A stretch of DNA of 64,000 bases from Hormiphora californensis (lineage: Eukaryota > Animalia > Ctenophora). The position numbers and the translations under genes are program-made. This document shows positions 40,061 to 64,000 of this stretch, piece after piece. The stretch is taken from positions 2,480,001 to 2,544,000 of the forward strand of contig CM035356.1 of the NCBI GenBank assembly GCA_020137815.1, written 5' to 3'. Under the pieces are notes generated by a model. The model was not told the origin of the DNA and ran no database searches. It worked only from the letters and a program-made list of their open reading frames with translations. Position 1 is the stretch's first letter. Each line of letters opens with the position of its first letter.

Positions 40061-41689
40061 AGTGTCAGGAGATATCATGGACGTTCATTACCAGACCGCC
40101 AGGAAGGAGAGAAAGAGACAGCAGCAGTGTGTGGAGAACTATGTTACCCCCATCGCCTCCAAGGTACATGCACAACTCGATATATATCTTCCATTTTCCA
40201 AGAACTACACCAAGAATCACAGTTTCAAGAACCAGTGGTTCAAGCACAGTTTATATTCTTCAGTATCTGTTCATTTTGGATCTTTACAAGCGTTGGGCTT
40301 CACCCAGAAGAGAGGTGATAAAATTAGGTCATGAAACTTCGGAGTTGGACTACTCTATACCCGGCCCTGTAGATCTAAATCCATGTTCTGCTGTGTTGCA
40401 CCTACTGCAATTGAGAGGATAGAAGGTTTTAAAGCCCGTATTTGAAGGACGTCTATACAGGATCAGCAGGAAGTGGTGGAAAGACAATTGTGTCAATTCA
40501 ATTCATACAACAACACAATAGTGGCACTACGTGTGCATTGTGAATTACTACCCCTCTGATCTACACCTCCTGTTGTTCTTTAGCTTGTGTTGCACCTGCT
40601 ATACATTGGAGCCGCTGAAATATTCTTTGAACTTCCTGGCCTACAAGATTTCCGGGTTTTTGACACCATGGATTTGCGATCGATTAGAGAGATTGCCAGT
40701 TTCACTCAGTCTCCAACTTCACCGGAAGAATCGTCAGGGACCGCTACTACAGCACCGGCTGAGCATACTAGGAATGTCGCTGTTATAAGAAGGCGAAAGA
40801 AGGAATTTTGGTCGGAGGACTTTACTCTTGCTGTTCAGGTCTCATGATGCATGTCATGATGAAGTTGGAATATTTGTTTTAACTCCGGAGCACGAAATGA
40901 TGCTCACTCGACACTGTTAACACTGTTAATTAAAGTCGGATTTTTTGAAGTTGTCACCCCAAAATGACCGCGCATGTGAAATTTATCAATTTTGACGCGC
41001 ACACCACACGTTAACATGTGATGTGACGCGCAAAAACATTCCGTGCACGAAAAGGGGGGTGACAACTTCAAAAAATCCGACTTTACATGCTCTAATAAGT
41101 TCATCATGAATGAACATTGATCACCCTAGTGTTTATGAAACTCCCTTCAACTCCTATGCTAAATCCTTCCAAATTTCAGGCAAAACGAGCAAAAGAAAAG
41201 GAAGTTCACGATGAGACGTACGCTTTGGAGGAGTACCTGACCATGGAGGAGGAACTGACAAACGCTCAGGATGCAGTAAATAGTAACATTCGGGCTGTAA
41301 CTAACAGGTAACTAATATGTAACTAGGTCTGTTACTAACAGGTAACTAGGGCTGTTACTAACAGGTAACTAGGGCTGTTACTAACAGGTAACTAGGGCTC
41401 TTACTAACAGGTAATTAGGGCTGTTACTAACAGGTAACTAGGGCTGTTACTAACAGGTAACTAGGGCTGTTACTAATTGGTAACCATGGTAACACAGGAC
41501 TTCCATCCCCTAATCACACTATCTCATTACTACAGATACCAACACCTGACACGGACTCTCAAGACGAAGCAGCGAGATTGTCAGACTGCTACTTCATGGC
41601 TGGTTATTGTTCTCGCTGTACCTTTCTGGATGTATGCCGCCATATTTGTATCGCTCTCAATTAACACATACAAGAAGGACTTGGGGTAG
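40061..41689 (+). CDS. 3' exons (40061-40163, 41180-41307, 41536-41689) of a tail-anchored coiled-coil protein with a partial R-SNARE-like motif
   Basis: Phase-consistent exons; MEEELTNAQDAVNSNIRAVTNRYQHL then the hydrophobic segment WLVIVLAVPFWMYAAIFVSLSI and a short basic tail. Confidence 0.6.
40931..41085. mobile_element. Small MITE (degenerate relative at ~3428-3532)
   Basis: TAAAGTCGGATTTTTTGAAGTTGTCACCCC...GGGGTGACAACTTCAAAAAATCCGACTTTA. Confidence 0.8.
41292..41476. repeat. About 23-bp tandem repeat made of a splice donor
   Basis: GGGCTGTTACTAACAG|GTAACTA, about 7 copies beginning at the exon end. Confidence 0.9.
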
Positions 41690-42053
41690 TTGTAACACTT
41701 TCCGGAACAATCATACTATCATTGAGGGTTATTGAAGCACTTTCTGGCGGCGCCAGACCCCGATTTGATTCTCCAGTAGAAGCAAAGAGTGATGATAACT
41801 ACGGCTACAGATTTGAGACTCCATGACAGCCCCCTTTTCAGCCCATACCCCACGAGGGAAGTGTAGCTTATGGTGGGTATTATTTTGATTGTTTTTACAT
41901 TTGTGTATGACTAACAGCTGCTATATTATATCTGAAGCTTCATGTTGAACTTTTTAATTTTACGTGTTTAACTCTCATTAAAAGTTGGGGGATTGGGGAA
42001 CAACTACCTCATGATAATGACAGGGAAGACTAGAGGATTGTGACTAACCTGTA

Positions 42054-59956
<17,903 letters not shown>

Positions 59957-60481
59957 TGTGATAGATGTTAGAGTTAGTTAAAGTGGGAAAAACAGGAAAT
60001 TTGGGGTAAGGGGGGGGGGGGGGGTAGCAGAAACAGGAAAATTTTCATATCTTGGGGTTATCTGAAGCGGAGAGATCTCAATTATTTTCACAGAATGTTT
60101 ACACACACACACAAACAGACACGTACATAAATATACAACTTCGGTCCTCGTCTTGCTTTCTCTCCCATCTCTCTTTGTGACATTAAAAAGCACGTCACAC
60201 ACTGTAGCAGTCGAATATTATGTAGTTTCAAACTTATCCAACATAATGCCTCGGTCCACTCTGGTTTAATCATCTTAACAACATCTTAACATCATCTTAA
60301 CATCTTCCAAACAGTAAATATTTACAGGGGTAAAAACCTAACTCAGTTGATAAACGAATAAACATCTTTCATGGGGTTAAACTTTTAATAAAGTTTTGGT
60401 GGCATGTCTTATCAGGAAGCTCCAACCATCTATCTCTCGTCAGATTCTCCCGAGAGAAAGTTTAAATCAATGATCCTGATT

Positions 60482-61711
60482 TTATTGAAGGAAGGAAGTG
60501 TGCATTTTCTTGGCAACCTCGTGTACATACTGTATATCAGGCCTCTTTTCTGGATCCGGGTTTATACAGATATTGACGAGATCACGCAACTACAAAATGG
60601 AGGATATATTTTAGTAAGAATGGAATAATTGAACTACTTCTATCGTACATTGACCCTGATCACCCCCCCCCCCCCCCCCTCAGGGGATTCTCCCCCTCCC
60701 TCGGCCCTCGAGATGTTACCCCAACTATAACATACCTCCTTGCTATAGTGTTCAGCGGGTAGGGGCGGGTATTCACATTGCTCTATCTTCTGGCACAGTG
60801 AATAAAGATTCATCTTGTCCCCGTAGAAAGGTGATTGAAGGGCCGCCATTTCGTATAACAAACACCCAAGCGACCAGGTGTCGGATTTAAAGTTGTAACC
60901 ATTCTCGTGTATTCGCTCAGGTGACATGTAGTAGGGCGTACCAACTGAGGGAATTGGAACAGTTAGAACCTTACAGGCTGAGTTTTTTAAGTCGTGTTTG
61001 TTCAATTTAATCGGTGTGTTGTTTTTAAATCGATGTAAAAGTACATTGTTGAGATCACAGAGAGACAGAATCGCTCTGATCTCAGAGAATAACGATGTTC
61101 TCTCCTGGAGAGTCTCTAGATAAGAGCATCATTGTCTGTAATGAGTCGTCTTGGACAGGACCAATTACCAGATTGATGCCCGATTATCTCTCTCTTTTTT
61201 CTCTTTTTCTCTGTTCTATCTCTCTCCACTCTCTCACTCTGATCGCGTGTATCACGTGCAACTACCCCCTATCGAGCGAGACAGGCCCACACTTTACCGT
61301 ACACACCATTAACGACTGTTGCTTTGCGCGTTGCAATGTCGCCGCGCGCTACGTACCGAGTGAATGGGCTGCTTGAGTCTTTGAGCTGAAATATCGTCCC
61401 AGGCCAAGATCACCCAGTTTTACCACTCCCGCAGCAGTTATAAACACGTTAGATGGCTTGATATCTGAGGAATGGGGGTTGATATATTGCCCAGATATTC
61501 AGTTATCAATCAATGAGGTAAATAATGGTCAAATAAACGGCCAAACTTTGTTAAAAGATCAATAAAGGCAGACTCAGAAGTTGTTCTCTCTCTTTTTCTC
61601 ACCTCTGTGCATGATTCTTCTGGAGTGCATATGTTCCACTGCACTAGTCAACTGTACAAAATACTTCCAGATAGTCCGCTCGGGAATTAACTTTTTGCCT
61701 TTTTTGAAATG
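60482..61711 (-). CDS. NEK7: NEK6/NEK7 kinase, last four exons (61711-61602, ~61465-61356, ~60944-60736, ~60589-60482); 5' exons lie beyond the window
   Basis: [94 protein letters not shown]. Confidence 0.93.
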
Positions 61712-62144
61712 CTGAAAAGTGTGTGTATTTTAGTTGTTTGAGTGTGTGATTAGATAGATGTTGGGGAGGATAAGAGTGACTGTGGTCGATATTGAGATTG
61801 CGAATTATTACTGGTGTGTCTGGACTCTGGCTGAGGAGAGGAGCCGAGGAATTGTAGTGTGAAAACAGGAGTATGTACATTTAGTGATCGACGAATTTAA
61901 ATGTTGACAAAGAAAAATAATTGAGATGTTTTTATAAAACTAAGTAAGTAGTATAGGAAATCTATTGGAAAATCGAACTACTTATAACAAAATATTTATT
62001 GTTTTTCCCACAACTCAAGTCCCTAAAAATCAAAGTTAATTTTTCAAAGAATCTAAACCCTGCATAAATAACTCAAAGTAACCCACATTACCCAAATATG
62101 TTGAACGAATCTAAACTCTGCCAGTTTCTGTTTCTCTCCTTGGT

Positions 62145-63776
62145 TTAGTTCAACCATGAGTGCCCGGTAATGCCGTTATCCTCTAACCATTTACAAGTGT
62201 CTGCAAATAGCCGGGTATCATCCCCGAATGCTGTAGTAACCACTGACCCGTCCTCCCCACGAGAGAAGATGGCACTAGTTTTCAGATCAAGAATCATGCT
62301 CAGCATGGTCTGTTCAAGCTCCCTCTCTGGTCCCTCGGGCTGGGGGAGGATTCCAGCGGACCAGCTGTCTTGAGGCCAGCCAAAGAGTGCGTAGGTATCA
62401 TAACCATGAGTTGCAGGCCAGGACTGCCCTGTAAATCCACTCGTAACTAGGTGGTGGGAAATGACAACTCGCTTGAATTTATAGTTTGTCGCAAAGTTAT
62501 TCGCGGGACAAGTACTTCGCATATCCGTAACAAACTGGTTCCATATTCTGTTGGGATCAACCCCGGCGTAGGGCGTAACAACAAGGTCGTCTGCTGTAAC
62601 TTCAATATTCTCATCAAGCTTGGGCATGAGCTTGTTTATGTTTGGAGCTGCAACGTTCCAGTTGGCCTCGATTAGAGCGTTCCAAGGAACCATTAGAGCA
62701 ACCTCCTCCCTGAGATTGGACACATAGACTTCCTCACTAAAGTGTGGGGTATCCATATCTAGCACATCGTCGTCTTTGTATAGCATACCCACTGCATCGA
62801 AAAGAGTGTTATTGTCTCGGTTAGGAAAATCAAAGTAGCCGTACCCTGGATTAGCATCAACCCCGTATGTAAGGGTAAAGTTATCAGCAGAGGCCTCTTT
62901 CAGACAAGTCAACATGGCAGCATCTGTTTCTTCATTGCATCCAGTTTTCTTAATCCAGTTAGATGCACGCTGGATGGCTTCAACTTTGTCAGCAGTGGCC
63001 CATTCAGTTGCTGGACTAAGTGCGACGACCCTGTTGAAAATCACTGTTTCATCGACCTTCGCCTCGGAGGAGAAGAGGAGGGCTAGGACTGATGAAGCAC
63101 CGGCACTCTCTCCAAACACAGTCACGTCGGAAATATCTCCACCGAACATTCCTCCGTACTCCTGGACCCACTTCAGCACATTGATTTGATCCATTAGCCC
63201 GTTGTTAGGGGGAATACCGTAAAGCATCCCGTAACCAAGGAAACCAAGCCGGTAGTTGGCACTGATAACCACTGCATTCAGGTTCTTGGCGAATTTGTTG
63301 TTGGGAAAGTACCCAGCTTGGGAGTTAGATCCAGTAACCAGTCCCCCTCCATGGTACCAAACCACAATTGGGAGTTTGCCTGTCCGCTCAGAGGGAGCAC
63401 GGACTGTCAGTACCAGACAATCTTCGGTGGTGTTAAAATTATAGCCCATGTAAACACCCTGCACACAGCCAACATCAAAATTTTGATCGGCATACAGCCA
63501 ATGTTCCTCATCCACCAAAGTTGTTTTATCCTTGATTAATTTTGCCAAGTACGTATCCGGAACAAACTCTGACCGTTCAAATCGTCCAGGAAAGGCGTAG
63601 GGAATGTTGTAGAACTCATCAACGTCATCCACTAATTTCCCCTGGATGAACACTTCACCAGTCTTGACGAAGGGATCCTTGTCACCAGAGAGCGAGATAC
63701 ATACAAGGATTACAATCAGAGCGACAGAGAATATACCAATTCCTCCTCCCGCGATTATGAGCGTTTTTCGGTTCAT
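62145..63776 (-). CDS. Intronless type-B carboxylesterase with an N-terminal transmembrane anchor
   Basis: EDCL, HGGG oxyanion motif, NYRLGFLGY, GESAG nucleophile elbow, candidate Glu (NLREE) and His (THGYD). Confidence 0.93.
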   Translation of the reverse strand: MNRKTLIIAGGGIGIFSVALIVILVCISLSGDKDPFVKTGEVFIQGKLVDDVDEFYNIPYAFPGRFERSEFVPDTYLAKLIKDKTTLVDEEHWLYADQNFDVGCVQGVYMGYNFNTTEDCLVLTVRAPSERTGKLPIVVWYHGGGLVTGSNSQAGYFPNNKFAKNLNAVVISANYRLGFLGYGMLYGIPPNNGLMDQINVLKWVQEYGGMFGGDISDVTVFGESAGASSVLALLFSSEAKVDETVIFNRVVALSPATEWATADKVEAIQRASNWIKKTGCNEETDAAMLTCLKEASADNFTLTYGVDANPGYGYFDFPNRDNNTLFDAVGMLYKDDDVLDMDTPHFSEEVYVSNLREEVALMVPWNALIEANWNVAAPNINKLMPKLDENIEVTADDLVVTPYAGVDPNRIWNQFVTDMRSTCPANNFATNYKFKRVVISHHLVTSGFTGQSWPATHGYDTYALFGWPQDSWSAGILPQPEGPERELEQTMLSMILDLKTSAIFSRGEDGSVVTTAFGDDTRLFADTCKWLEDNGITGHSWLN

Positions 63777-64000
63777 TTTGTATCGTGACCACTACTAGAA
63801 AGAGGATTTGTTATACTTGCTACAATCCGTAGAGACGTGTTTAACTAAGATCTAAGCTGACTGCTGATGTGCCTAGAAAAAATTGAATGAAAATTGTTGA
63901 TTGTCATAGATTGCGGGAAAGTAGAGGAACTAATACAGGAATCTAATATAGGAAATAAGGTTCTAGTTCTCGACAAGAATCCGTCTAAGTAAGACTAGAC

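Overview
Eukaryotic, intron-rich and MITE-dense genomic DNA, most likely from a ctenophore (Pleurobrachia/Hormiphora-like, judged from repeat families, GPCR style and nested genes; the taxon is an inference). Spliced genes read by hand: CEP43/FGFR1OP (-, 5' part), PPIH (-), PCCA (-), an 8-exon orphan with degenerate HAD-like motifs (+), a tail-anchored R-SNARE-like gene (+), an ankyrin-repeat gene (-) and NEK6/7 (-, 3' part). Also present are a 95-aa Regnase-NTD-like microgene, a GPCR nested in an ankyrin intron and an intronless carboxylesterase nested in a NEK intron. Introns carry many non-autonomous DNA transposons, Helitrons and a Penelope-like fragment with a minimal hammerhead motif. 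The standout is a four-unit tandem array of probable RNA polymerase III non-coding RNA genes (42697-44420, minus strand) inside one ankyrin-gene intron. Each unit has a TATA box exactly 29 nt upstream of a conserved 5' end, a 5'/3' closing stem with compensatory changes, a sequence-variable but rod-folding interior, a conserved 3' double-hairpin module and a T-run terminator. All coordinates were counted by eye and may be off by a few bases.
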